Below the pieces are notes generated by a model. It saw only the letters and a program-made list of their open reading frames with translations, was not told the DNA's origin and ran no database searches. The position numbers were made by a program, and so were the translations under genes. This document shows positions 17,592 through 27,626 of a DNA stretch of 62,360 bases, in pieces (the first letter of the stretch is position 1; the number at the start of each line of letters is the position of its first letter). The stretch is from the NCBI GenBank assembly GCA_964413705.1, contig CAYPSK010000001.1, forward strand, positions 1 to 62,360, written 5' to 3'. Origin of the DNA: Candidatus Woesearchaeota archaeon (lineage in GTDB: Archaea; Nanobdellota; Nanobdellia; Pacearchaeales; UBA284).

Positions 17592-20352
17592 AATGAAAAA
17601 AATAACCCTTACACTAATAATAATTACTATATTTATGCTAAGTCTAAGTATGATTTATGCGCTAGACACCTCGATTGGAGATGTCCAAACAGAATCTGCT
17701 GGAGCAACAACTGCCTATCCAACCGTTGGACCTGCCTGCGTCGAGATAGTGCAAGGCAAATTATTCAAGCAAGCCGATGAAACAACTTTTGACCAAGTTA
17801 TCTTTGTTCCAACAGAAGTAACAATTATTGACTCAACAGCCTGCGCCTCATTAAGAGGCAAAGATTATAGTAACATCGCCCCCATAATTCCTGCATATTC
17901 TTTAGACAAAGTACTAACTGGGGTCCAAGATAAAACCCTTACAACAATTACTAGCAAAATTCTTCTTTCATATGATGACTTCTATACTCTTCTTGCCAAA
18001 AATACTGAAAAGATAAGTGCAAAAGCAAAGACCACAATAGATCAAACAATTCTTACACATCTAAAAAATATGGATACCGCAAACAAGAATATGATTGCCC
18101 TATCTAGTGTTCCTAAAGCACTATTTACTGCAAATAAATTAGCATTTCCCGACCCGACAAGGACAAAGAAAAGAGGAGAAGTATATCTTAGCCTAATTCC
18201 TGGAACTGCTAGTGCTAACCCAGATACTTCAGATTATGCTAATTTCTACCTCGAGAATATGATACTAGAACCAAATACAAATTCAAATGCCGCACTCGAA
18301 TTCACCTCCTTTAAAATAAATTCAGGAAATCAAGAAGTGCTGATAACACTAAACCACATTCTTGATAAAACAAAACAAGACATCAGCCTAAAATCTGATA
18401 AAAAACTTGACTTCTATTTAGATAATATAAATCTTTCAAAGACAGACTATCTTTACTTTAAGCAAGTAAAAGAAGTATTTTATGCTGAAAATGAGATTGG
18501 CACATCAATATATCTAAAAACAGATGGACTCGATATTAATAAGCCCACTGACATTTACTACTACTTCCCAAATGGAGTCGTAGTTTTTCCAGACAAAAAT
18601 GGTGAAGTAGACATCTTTGTTCTTATTAAAAATGACGAATCAGCAGTAAATGGCATTTCGCCAGCAGAAAAATCAAAAGGATTTGTTATTTTCACTCCCA
18701 AAAAAGTTCTCTTAGATAGATTACAAAAAATAGAAATTAAAGGAAAAGAAATAACCCAAATCATCCTAGACCAGGGCGATTCTTTATACTACGGTTATCC
18801 AAATGATTTAAATGTAATAAAGAACCTTGAGAGAGAACCCTTGAAGTTCGAATTTGGTTCTTCAGACAAGTTATTTAGATTTAAAAGTGACTGGACCGTA
18901 GAATTAGCCGGAAGCAAAAGCGCAGAAAATGATCTCTTTTTTACCTTTAATGATTTCTCTATATTTCTTGAAAAAGGAGTAAATCGCCAAAATACACAGC
19001 TTTCCTTAATACCTGCAATTATACAGAACAATCTTGTATCCACATCAAAAATAGTGGGCATGGCCGCGCATAAAGAAAAAATTGCTTTAGCTTCCGAGGT
19101 AGACCAAATAATCATATCCCCTACTGGATCAAAAAAACAAATCGGACCATATGGCATATCCTTCAAATTCGATGAAGCCATGAGAATACGAGACCTCATT
19201 GAAGCTGCTGAAAAACTTGAACTAATCCAAAAAGAAAAAGATACTACGCAAGCAAAAGAAATTGCCCATGCAACACTTCCAAAAGTAGAAATACCGGTTT
19301 CTCCTGAACCAAAACTCCAAGAAATACAAACTGACAAAGTCAAGATAATAAAAGCCACAACAGTTGCAGCATCCAATTATGACTCCTGTAAAACCTCTTT
19401 CTCAGAATATAGTTGCATGACCCCTTACTCTGATGGCAGAGATATAACCCAACCAATAACACCTATAGGCAATTACAAGTACGAATGCAAGATAAATAAA
19501 GATTGCAAAGATAACAACGGAGATGCAGCATGGTGTTGTCCATCAGCTGGATTTGAAACACGATGCTGTATAAAAACCGCACTTAAACTGCCTTCTGCAG
19601 GAGATAGATTACAACCCCCACTAGAATCTATTACAGAAAATCTTAAAGCACAAATAAGCATATCAAAAAACATATTTCCTTCTTCGGGAATAATAAATCT
19701 AAAAGACTTTAAAATGGAATATCCCCAAGCAGATGCATCAAGCACTAGCACATACAAACCAAACATAAAACTCGGAACTGGCTACACATACATAAACGAA
19801 TTTGAGGCTAATGGAAAAACATACTACAAAGTTCGAAACCCAGAAGGAAAAATACTGATTGTTGGAACAAAAGAAAATGGTGACCCAGACATGGCCCCAG
19901 CACTATATGGGACAATTGTTGCTATGCCCTCTGGCGCAATCGCGCCAATGGATAATACTAATCCCCTGACTGCCAAGGTTCAAAGTCTATCGAATTACTA
20001 TAAGTCACGTAGCTTTGGTGTTAGGACAGCAGCACTTTACAGAGAGCAATACGGGGGCACAATGCTAAGTGTCCCAACCCCTGCGTATATATTCAGAATT
20101 GATTTAGCTGACACAAAGGCATATATTTTATACGATAAAAATGGAGAAAAAGTAGGCCACGCCACATTTGAATTAGATGGCTTAAGATTACGGATAAACC
20201 AGGTAGGAGGATATATCAAAAACAGAGTCAATTTGGAACTTCTCAATTCTCTTAAAATAGGAATAACTGAAAAACAAGTACGAAATATGCTTCAAAATCC
20301 AAATGCCAGGGGGGAAATTGGAAGCATAACTTATACCCAAGCAACCAAATAG
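17578..20352 (+). CDS. Large secreted hypothetical protein (about 920 aa) with a C-proximal Cys-rich module
   Basis: The likely start is the ATG at 17593 (MKKITLTLIIITIFMLSLSMIYA signal). A long uninterrupted ORF with the Cys cluster CKINKDCKDNNGDAAWCCPSAGFETRCC. Confidence 0.6.
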   Translation: MQENKMKKITLTLIIITIFMLSLSMIYALDTSIGDVQTESAGATTAYPTVGPACVEIVQGKLFKQADETTFDQVIFVPTEVTIIDSTACASLRGKDYSNIAPIIPAYSLDKVLTGVQDKTLTTITSKILLSYDDFYTLLAKNTEKISAKAKTTIDQTILTHLKNMDTANKNMIALSSVPKALFTANKLAFPDPTRTKKRGEVYLSLIPGTASANPDTSDYANFYLENMILEPNTNSNAALEFTSFKINSGNQEVLITLNHILDKTKQDISLKSDKKLDFYLDNINLSKTDYLYFKQVKEVFYAENEIGTSIYLKTDGLDINKPTDIYYYFPNGVVVFPDKNGEVDIFVLIKNDESAVNGISPAEKSKGFVIFTPKKVLLDRLQKIEIKGKEITQIILDQGDSLYYGYPNDLNVIKNLEREPLKFEFGSSDKLFRFKSDWTVELAGSKSAENDLFFTFNDFSIFLEKGVNRQNTQLSLIPAIIQNNLVSTSKIVGMAAHKEKIALASEVDQIIISPTGSKKQIGPYGISFKFDEAMRIRDLIEAAEKLELIQKEKDTTQAKEIAHATLPKVEIPVSPEPKLQEIQTDKVKIIKATTVAASNYDSCKTSFSEYSCMTPYSDGRDITQPITPIGNYKYECKINKDCKDNNGDAAWCCPSAGFETRCCIKTALKLPSAGDRLQPPLESITENLKAQISISKNIFPSSGIINLKDFKMEYPQADASSTSTYKPNIKLGTGYTYINEFEANGKTYYKVRNPEGKILIVGTKENGDPDMAPALYGTIVAMPSGAIAPMDNTNPLTAKVQSLSNYYKSRSFGVRTAALYREQYGGTMLSVPTPAYIFRIDLADTKAYILYDKNGEKVGHATFELDGLRLRINQVGGYIKNRVNLELLNSLKIGITEKQVRNMLQNPNARGEIGSITYTQATK

Positions 20353-20380
20353 ATTTGCCCTTTCTTGATTTCTTAGATTC

Positions 20381-21580
20381 TTATCCAGGAATAATCATTC
20401 CCTGACTAAGGCCCTTTAGCTTCATTAAATCCTTGACATCTCCTATTTTAACAGAACTTATTTTTTCAGGATATTCATAAATTTCCTCGGCCCTAGTTGC
20501 CATCTCCTGCATAAATAACTGGACAGCCATAGCATCGCTCTGCTCATTCTGAACATTCCATCTTCCAATACACTGCTCTTTAGCTTGCTCAATCTCTCTG
20601 CTATTCAGGTTCTTCATTCCTTTAAGTTCTTTCAAAACCAACTCTTTCGTTTTCTTTAGATTTAGCTTTTCAACACCTGCATAAACCAAACAGTGCCCAT
20701 AATCTCTCTCTTGCTCAACAAAACTCTTTATAGTATAAGCCAAACCCCTTTTTTCTCTAATCTCCTGAAATAATCTAGAAGACATTCCCTCTCCAAGAAT
20801 CGCATTCATTACATCACAAGAGTATCTCTTTTTATTTCTTAAATTAGGAACATGAAATAAAAATCCCAGATGCGCCTGGTCAATATGCTTTCTTTTTTCA
20901 ATAAAATTTGAATTCCTTGGCACAAGATTGATTGCTGGCATCTCTTCATTGCCTGATTTCTTAAAAAATTTCTCACTGACCTTGAGTATATTTGAAAAAT
21001 CAGCACTTCCAACAACAGAGACAATCAGATTATTGGGATTATAAAACTTATTATGCCATCCTAAAAAAGTCTCTCTCTTAAACTTAAGGATATTTTCTTT
21101 AAATCCCAAAATAGACCACTTGAAAGGTTCTTGATAAGATATTTCCTTCATCTTGTCAAATAAGAATTGCTTTGGCTGGTCATGAATCATATTCATCTCT
21201 TGAATAATAACTCCTCGCTCTCTCTCTAATTCTTTAGCATCAACTTTAGGATTTAAGACCATGTCTGCAATAACCTCAAAACTTCCATCAAAATGCTTAC
21301 TAGGGACTTTACACCAAAAAGCAGTCATCTGTTCTGATGTAAAACCATTTAAAATTCCCCCAACTCCCTCAATAGCACTTGAAATCTTTTTTTGATCTCT
21401 CTTAAAACTCCCTTTAAATAACATATGCTCAAAAAAATGAGCAAGCCCCTTATTTTCCCTAACCTCATAGGCTGCTCCCGCCCTTGTAGCAACAACAATC
21501 GTTGCTATGGGCATTTTTCTCTTTTCAAATAATACTGTCGCCCCACTATCAAGTCTCTTTTTAAAAAATTCACCCTTCAT
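20381..21580 (-). CDS. Peptidase M16 (pitrilysin/insulinase) family zinc protease
   Basis: Inverted zinc motif HFFEH (HxxEH) near the N-terminus; size 399 aa. Confidence 0.8.
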   Translation of the reverse strand: MKGEFFKKRLDSGATVLFEKRKMPIATIVVATRAGAAYEVRENKGLAHFFEHMLFKGSFKRDQKKISSAIEGVGGILNGFTSEQMTAFWCKVPSKHFDGSFEVIADMVLNPKVDAKELERERGVIIQEMNMIHDQPKQFLFDKMKEISYQEPFKWSILGFKENILKFKRETFLGWHNKFYNPNNLIVSVVGSADFSNILKVSEKFFKKSGNEEMPAINLVPRNSNFIEKRKHIDQAHLGFLFHVPNLRNKKRYSCDVMNAILGEGMSSRLFQEIREKRGLAYTIKSFVEQERDYGHCLVYAGVEKLNLKKTKELVLKELKGMKNLNSREIEQAKEQCIGRWNVQNEQSDAMAVQLFMQEMATRAEEIYEYPEKISSVKIGDVKDLMKLKGLSQGMIIPG

Positions 21581-21916
21581 CCCATGTATAAGAAAAGGGC
21601 TTTTTTAAATATTCTTATCTCCTTGTTTAAATTTTTTAAAATCCTGGCAAAATCAGCTTAAGAAAACTATTTAAATCCAAGACCCATATATAATTAAAAG
21701 CTTTCGGGAACTGAAGGTGCCTGGAAAAAAGGGAAAAAAGACTTTTTCATATTTTTTTCTTTTTTCCAGCACTTTTCTTTCATTTTTTATAAAAAAATCT
21801 CAGAAAATTCTTTCCATAATTCTTTTTTTGTTTCTCATGAGTGTTCAGAAAGATTTATAAAAGAAAATTCTTTTTAAAGAAATTAAACTTCGGAAAAAAG
21901 AGCCAAAAAGAAAAAG

Positions 21917-22159
21917 ATGGCACAAACAGCAGGCGGATGCAGAGATTTAAGAAAGTATATGAATGACCAAAAGACACAAGAAATTTTTGGCTTCTTATTA
22001 AGTGGCAGAAAAGGTTATATCCCTGTTCAAGAAAAGAAAATTGAAATAGTTTATTGCAAAGGATGCAGAAGACAGATAGCTGAAGAAGAAAAATTCTGTC
22101 CAGAGTGCGGAACAAAAGTGGAAAAACCAGTTCCTGAACAAGAACAATCTCAAGCATAA
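21917..22159 (+). CDS. Small zinc-ribbon protein
   Basis: CKGC-x12-CPEC four-Cys ribbon (YCKGCRRQIAEEEKFCPECGTKV). Confidence 0.45.
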   Translation: MAQTAGGCRDLRKYMNDQKTQEIFGFLLSGRKGYIPVQEKKIEIVYCKGCRRQIAEEEKFCPECGTKVEKPVPEQEQSQA

Positions 22160-22226
22160 CCCTAACAAAAATACTTCTAAAAAACTTTTCTAGAAAGAAA
22201 TTTAAACCCCTTAACCCTAAAAAATT

Positions 22227-25157
22227 ATGAAAAGAGGATTACTTTTAGGTCCAGTAATTTTTATTATAATCTTGATTATCTTTCCACTAACAAATGCAAA
22301 CATATTTGATTTTTTTAAGGAAGTGCTGACCGTTGCTCCAACAAATAATCCCCAACAGGGCCCCGATAGTTCTTATTATCCTATCTGGGAACATCTAACC
22401 AACCCAGAAAAAGCCCTTTATGATAACAACTTCAATACTTTTTACCAAGAATTCAAAGAGATGGAAGCTTTAGGTGTTGTTAAGTGGCATCCTGAAGAGA
22501 AAGCAGTTATTTATGGAAGAGGTTATAATGTAAACGAAATCGGTTGTCAATTTCCTTTTTTTTTCAATAATTCTATTTTTTGCATGTCCACTTTTTATTG
22601 GGATTCTATATATAATCTTAATTTAAATGGAACTTTAGAAAAAGTGTTTGGATATAGAAATACACATTATTACCCAGATGGTTTTGCCATAGACAAAGAT
22701 TATATCTTCGTTACTGGTTTCGGGGATACAAATTCCCTCCAATATTTAAGAAGGTATTATTTTAATAATGCTACACCTGCCCCATTTATCTTAAATGGTC
22801 AAGAAACTTTTGAGGCAGTGTGTGCATCAGCAGGACACTCTTGCCCGCCAATTTATTCAGATGGAAAATTTTTATATCAAACAGATAGAAAAATAATATC
22901 CCGAGAGAATCTAGAAGTTATAGGACAACTAGTACTTCCACCAAGCATTTCAGGGGAAATAATCGATTTTGCTTCAAAAGATAATCTCCTCTTTGTTGAT
23001 TATGGCAGGCCTAGTATATATCAGCCTAACAGCACAATTTTGGTGTACAATACAGATGATTTTGGGCCACCTTACAGTCTAAACCCACAATTCCCAGAAT
23101 CCTATTTTGTAGTACCTAGTTCTTTCGGTTACACTTCCGCATCAATTTCAACTAATGGAACTTCTCTTTTTTACTTCTTTTTAAAAGGAGGGGATAGCCC
23201 ATCAAACAATTGTGAAAATTCAATGGATTGCGGTGCTGGGCAGGGTTGCATGTTTGACTCAGATCTTAGGGTTGGTAAATGTGAAAAAATTTGTAGTGCT
23301 CAAGAGGAGTGCGAAGGTTATTGTAAGACTCACGAATTGGGTTTTTGCAAGAATACTCCTTCTATTGTCACATGTAGAAAGAATAGTGATTGTCCTCCGC
23401 TGTCTTCAGAATGCATTAAAAACTGGTGCGATGATGTCCACCTATCTTCTATTTATTCTTTTAATGGGGCTCTGCTCGGCCAAAGAAATTTACAAGAATT
23501 AGATGATTATACTAGATTTAGTGGACGCAATATAAAATCTATGCACCTCTCTGGCAACTATCTGTCTTTCATTTCTGACGGGGTGATGTATATCTTTTAT
23601 AATAACAATTTATCCTTAGTTTCACAAACCCCCGTTTTTTCCCAACAAGGTCCTTCAGCCCAGTATGCTATGTTACCCCTTAAAACGGTACTGTTAGGAG
23701 GGGGTTATTTATCTTACTATCTTTGGCCTGGAACTTGGCCTAGTGGATGGCAAGTAGGACCGCCAAGAAAACCAAGCGGAGAATTAGTAACAAAGAATCT
23801 AGGAAATACTGAAATGAGCCAGAACCAAGAAGTATCGAATGATATTTGCAAGGGTTCTGAGGGAGGACAACAAAATGGCTACTATGATCATGCAACATTT
23901 AATAATCAAAAATACAAACTTGTAAGTTTTTTTGATCAAATTCCGGGCGTTAATGTTTTCGCGCTTCCAGATGAATCAGACTCTCAAAATTGTACATCGC
24001 ATGCAGATTGTAGAGCGGAATTCTACTGCAAAACAAGCCCATGGGACAAAACCAACAAAAAATGTAAAAAAGCCTGTGAAACAAACTTAGACTGCTATGA
24101 AATGCCCCAGGACTATATATTAGAATGTATAAAAGATGGTGTTTGTAGTAATAACGCCGATATTCCTTGTAAATCCAATTCAGACTGCAATGACCCTGAT
24201 TCAGACAACCCGCAAGGAGTATGCATTAAAAAATTTTGTGAAAAACAACCCCAATTCGTGAAGTTCATAAACTTTAGCACGATATATGATTATACTGGTT
24301 GGCCAGGCGGAGTGGCAGTGGACGATTCAACAATCCCCTGGAAGATGTATGTAAACTTTTTATGGGCACCTAGTAAAAATGGAAAACAATTGGGGGGTAT
24401 ACGAGTTTATTCTGTTGATCCAACAAATAATTTTGATTGGCAAGAATTGGGAGAGATCATTCCATCATCAAGAGAACAATTGCCTTATTGGCCATATGTT
24501 TCAGACGAATGGTGGGTCATTCCGACTTTTGGCTGGTATGATGGCAAGATACCTTGGGTAGACAAGCCATATAAAGGGGGTGGCGGAATTTGTTTAGTGA
24601 CCAATGAAGAAGGTAAAAAAAGAATTTATGTTGGAACTGGGAGACAAGGCAGAATAATTGCTTTTTTATCACCCAAAGTTTTAGGCCCACCTTATGAAGT
24701 AGCATATGACTCAGAACTTATTGAAGGTATAGGAACAAAAACTTCTCAAGATTCAATCACTTTTAAAAACGATGCCGCTATTTCGATAAATGAGCAAGAT
24801 CCCCCTAGAACAGAGATACAATGTGAACAACAAGGTGGCATTTGCATAGAAGCAGCATCTTGTCTTGAAGGATATACAAAGGCAGAGTATAGCTGTCAAG
24901 ACACCCAAGATACGGTTGATACGACAAGCGAAAGTGTAACCGGAAGCGGAATTTTTGATACTGCAAGTCAACCTTCTACAACATCTGGAACAACTTCTGA
25001 AACGACCCCTGCAACAAATCAAATCTGTTGCATTAAAACTCAAACACAAACAACATCAACAAGCGGCATATTCAGTTCCCTCACTGGCTCCGTAATAAAA
25101 GGACTCCCGGAAAAGATTTATGCTTCTATTTTTAACTTCATAAAAAAACTGTTCTAG
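22227..25157 (+). CDS. Giant secreted protein (976 aa) with repeated Cys-rich modules and a Ser/Thr-rich C-terminal linker
   Basis: N-terminal signal/TM (LLLGPVIFIIILIIFPL). There are two roughly 90-aa modules of the type C-x5-DC-x(n)-C (NCENSMDCGAGQGC... and NCTSHADCRAEFYC...), and a third Cys cluster before an S/T-rich tail. Confidence 0.6.
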   Translation: MKRGLLLGPVIFIIILIIFPLTNANIFDFFKEVLTVAPTNNPQQGPDSSYYPIWEHLTNPEKALYDNNFNTFYQEFKEMEALGVVKWHPEEKAVIYGRGYNVNEIGCQFPFFFNNSIFCMSTFYWDSIYNLNLNGTLEKVFGYRNTHYYPDGFAIDKDYIFVTGFGDTNSLQYLRRYYFNNATPAPFILNGQETFEAVCASAGHSCPPIYSDGKFLYQTDRKIISRENLEVIGQLVLPPSISGEIIDFASKDNLLFVDYGRPSIYQPNSTILVYNTDDFGPPYSLNPQFPESYFVVPSSFGYTSASISTNGTSLFYFFLKGGDSPSNNCENSMDCGAGQGCMFDSDLRVGKCEKICSAQEECEGYCKTHELGFCKNTPSIVTCRKNSDCPPLSSECIKNWCDDVHLSSIYSFNGALLGQRNLQELDDYTRFSGRNIKSMHLSGNYLSFISDGVMYIFYNNNLSLVSQTPVFSQQGPSAQYAMLPLKTVLLGGGYLSYYLWPGTWPSGWQVGPPRKPSGELVTKNLGNTEMSQNQEVSNDICKGSEGGQQNGYYDHATFNNQKYKLVSFFDQIPGVNVFALPDESDSQNCTSHADCRAEFYCKTSPWDKTNKKCKKACETNLDCYEMPQDYILECIKDGVCSNNADIPCKSNSDCNDPDSDNPQGVCIKKFCEKQPQFVKFINFSTIYDYTGWPGGVAVDDSTIPWKMYVNFLWAPSKNGKQLGGIRVYSVDPTNNFDWQELGEIIPSSREQLPYWPYVSDEWWVIPTFGWYDGKIPWVDKPYKGGGGICLVTNEEGKKRIYVGTGRQGRIIAFLSPKVLGPPYEVAYDSELIEGIGTKTSQDSITFKNDAAISINEQDPPRTEIQCEQQGGICIEAASCLEGYTKAEYSCQDTQDTVDTTSESVTGSGIFDTASQPSTTSGTTSETTPATNQICCIKTQTQTTSTSGIFSSLTGSVIKGLPEKIYASIFNFIKKLF

Positions 25158-25190
25158 AAAAAATTTTAAATGACTCTTTCATAGAAATTT

Positions 25191-26102
25191 ATGGCAAGCA
25201 CCAATGCACACCCAGAATATCTCGCAGCTGAAAAAAAATTCCACTTAGCCCAATCAAATGAAGAAAGACTTGAATGCTTAAAAGAAATGATGAGCTACAT
25301 GCCCCAACACAAGGGCGCAGAACGATTAAGAGCAGATTTAAGGTCGAGATATAAGAGATTAAAAGAAAAACTTGAAATTCAGAAAAAGAAGAAAAAAGCA
25401 TCAAGCAAGCCAGGCATTAAAAAAGAGGGCATCCAAGCAGTTCTGATAGGCTTGACAAATTCAGGAAAATCCTCTCTTCTCTCTATTTTAACAAATGCCA
25501 AGCCAAAAATCAGCAACCTCGACTATACCACTCAAAACCCAATCATTGGCATGCTTGATTTAGAAGGAATAAAATTTCAGATAATAGATATGCCCGCAAT
25601 AAATTATGAAACTTTTGATCAAGGAACAACGAATGTTGCAGATATTTTATTGATTATAATCACCGACTTGAAAGACCTAGAAAAAATATATCCCTATCTA
25701 AATAAGACAAGCGGCAAAAGAATAATTATCTTCAATAAATCAGATTTATTAAATGCGCAGGAAAAAAGAAAAATACAAGCGAATCTCCAGAGCAAAAGAT
25801 ATAATTTCTGCCTCCTTTCTTGCAAAACACACGAGGGCATAGATATTCTAAAAAATAAGCTCATTGAAAATTCAAATGTCCTGAGGATATATACTAAACA
25901 ACCAGGCAAACAACCAGATGAAGACCCTGTCCTCATGAAACCTTCATCAACAGTTGAAAATTTAGCAAAAAAAGTCTTTCACTCTGATATAAAAATAAAA
26001 GAAACAAGGATAACTGGCCCCTCAAGTAAGTTTCCTAATCAAACAATCGGCCTAAAACATGTCTTAAAAGACAAAGACATTGTAGAATTCCATACTGGGT
26101 AA
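25191..26102 (+). CDS. DRG/Obg-like GTP-binding protein with C-terminal TGS-like domain
   Basis: P-loop GLTNSGKSSLL, G3-like IIDMPAI, G4-like FNKSDL, and a C-terminal RIYTKQPGK...PV.M..SSTV segment typical of DRG TGS domains. Confidence 0.65.
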   Translation: MASTNAHPEYLAAEKKFHLAQSNEERLECLKEMMSYMPQHKGAERLRADLRSRYKRLKEKLEIQKKKKKASSKPGIKKEGIQAVLIGLTNSGKSSLLSILTNAKPKISNLDYTTQNPIIGMLDLEGIKFQIIDMPAINYETFDQGTTNVADILLIIITDLKDLEKIYPYLNKTSGKRIIIFNKSDLLNAQEKRKIQANLQSKRYNFCLLSCKTHEGIDILKNKLIENSNVLRIYTKQPGKQPDEDPVLMKPSSTVENLAKKVFHSDIKIKETRITGPSSKFPNQTIGLKHVLKDKDIVEFHTG

Positions 26103-26134
26103 AAATTTATGGAAAAGATAAATAAGAATCTGAA

Positions 26135-26269
26135 TTAATACGAATCCTTCGCCAATTTCAAAAGCCCAGCCCTATTCTTCTTGAATGCCCTCAAAAGAAG
26201 ATTAATTTCCTTTGCAACTGCATTCTTTAGGTCAAGAGGATGCAAAGGTTTAAATAGATTAGATAACTT
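26135..26269 (-). pseudogene. Displaced remnant of a tyrS 3' end (44 codons + stop)
   Basis: The minus-strand frame reads KLSNLFKPLHPLDLKNAVAKEINLLLRAFKKN...DSY-stop. This parallels the C-terminus of the intact tyrS at 27627..28757 (KKLHPLDLKIAIAEEIIKLLEPARKHF). No upstream catalytic part is present. Confidence 0.6.
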
Positions 26270-26271
26270 AA

Positions 26272-27615
26272 ATGAGTATGTTATATATATATCATTCCAA
26301 GCATCAAAATACAAAAAGTAGACTACTCAGAATTCAGATTCCAATAAAGATTTACGAAAAAATAAAAAATAGTTTTGTGAGTATAAAGATTAATAATGCA
26401 GAATTTTTTTATAAAATTTCTAATGAAAGAAGATTTGTTGTTCCAAAAGAATTAAAGGGGAAAATAAATTTCCAAAAAGAAAACCAGATTACAATAGAAA
26501 AACTAAAATTTATCAAAAGAACTGGAAAAAATATTGTTATAAAGAAAGAAAAACTAGACTTGCTTTCATTTATTCCCGACAAATTGCGTTCTGGAACCAA
26601 GATTAATCTTTTACTTTGGAAAAATAGTTTGATTTGTTTTTATAAAAGCCCTAAAGGAACATTAAGAAAAATAGAAATAAGAAAAGAGGTTCCTCTAGAA
26701 TTTTGTCGTCTTCTGGGTTATTACCAAGCGGAAGGAGGAAAGGAAAAGAAAATAAAAAAGAGCGGAAGACAAGTGGTTTTTACAAACACCCATATCAACT
26801 TAATTTCTGACTTTATTATTTTAAGCAAAAATTTGTTTAAAACAAATTTATGGAACGCAGAGATAAGAATTAAAAAAGCAAACAAAATGAAAGAAGCGCT
26901 TATTCAAAATATGCTAAAAAAACTAGGCATTAATAAAAAGAATATAAAAATAAGAATAGGAGATAATTTAAAAGATTTTAGTATAAGACTCTACATTTGT
27001 TCAACAATTCTTTCAGATATTATAATTAGGATTATGGAGAACATTAAGAATTATCTAATAACTGAAAATATTTTGAATAAGAAAAATAATCTAAAAATGT
27101 ATATATCTTTTATGCAAGGCTTGTTTGCAGGAGATGGAAATTATAATACCTATAAAAACAAAAAAGGCGGGGTTCACCATAGACTAATTTTCTATGAAGA
27201 AGATTACAATTATGCTCTTCAATATAAAAAATTACTCAAAAAAATAGGGATGGAAAGCAAAATAATAAAAATAAAAGATAAAAACTTGTTTATTATTAGG
27301 GCTACATTAAATTGGGATTTTTTGCTTTTGATTAAAGAATTAGGGCTATTTGATTGCCATATTCACCACAAAACATCTTTAATAGAATCTATCAAAAGAC
27401 ACAAATCCTATAGAAGCCACAAGTATCTTATTTCTATGCCTAATAAGATTGATATAAAGAAAGTACAAAAAGTAATAAAAAAAGAAAAGGTTATTTGTTA
27501 TAATTGGCTTAAAAAGATGGTTGAACGAGGAGTTATAATTAAGAGAGATGCAAATAGATGGGAGTTATCAGAAAAGGGAAAAAGAATAAAAAGGATTTTG
27601 AAAGAAATATCATAA
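26272..27615 (+). CDS. Free-standing double-motif LAGLIDADG homing-endonuclease-like protein with C-terminal winged helix
   Basis: Two LAGLIDADG motifs (FCRLLGYYQAEGG and FMQGLFAGDGNY) about 130 aa apart. An N-terminal extension of about 140 aa and a C-terminal wHTH-like tail (WLKKMVERGVIIKRDANRWELSEKGKRI). Confidence 0.75.
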   Translation: MSMLYIYHSKHQNTKSRLLRIQIPIKIYEKIKNSFVSIKINNAEFFYKISNERRFVVPKELKGKINFQKENQITIEKLKFIKRTGKNIVIKKEKLDLLSFIPDKLRSGTKINLLLWKNSLICFYKSPKGTLRKIEIRKEVPLEFCRLLGYYQAEGGKEKKIKKSGRQVVFTNTHINLISDFIILSKNLFKTNLWNAEIRIKKANKMKEALIQNMLKKLGINKKNIKIRIGDNLKDFSIRLYICSTILSDIIIRIMENIKNYLITENILNKKNNLKMYISFMQGLFAGDGNYNTYKNKKGGVHHRLIFYEEDYNYALQYKKLLKKIGMESKIIKIKDKNLFIIRATLNWDFLLLIKELGLFDCHIHHKTSLIESIKRHKSYRSHKYLISMPNKIDIKKVQKVIKKEKVICYNWLKKMVERGVIIKRDANRWELSEKGKRIKRILKEIS

Positions 27616-27626
27616 ACTCTGAAAAA

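Noticed and set aside
21717-21772. About 14-bp inverted repeat GTGC(C)TGGAAAAAAG ... CTTTTTTCCAGCAC in the spacer upstream of the zinc-ribbon gene
   Set aside because: It is real in the sequence but built almost entirely of A and T runs. It could be a terminator or operator, but nothing distinguishes it from low-complexity symmetry.
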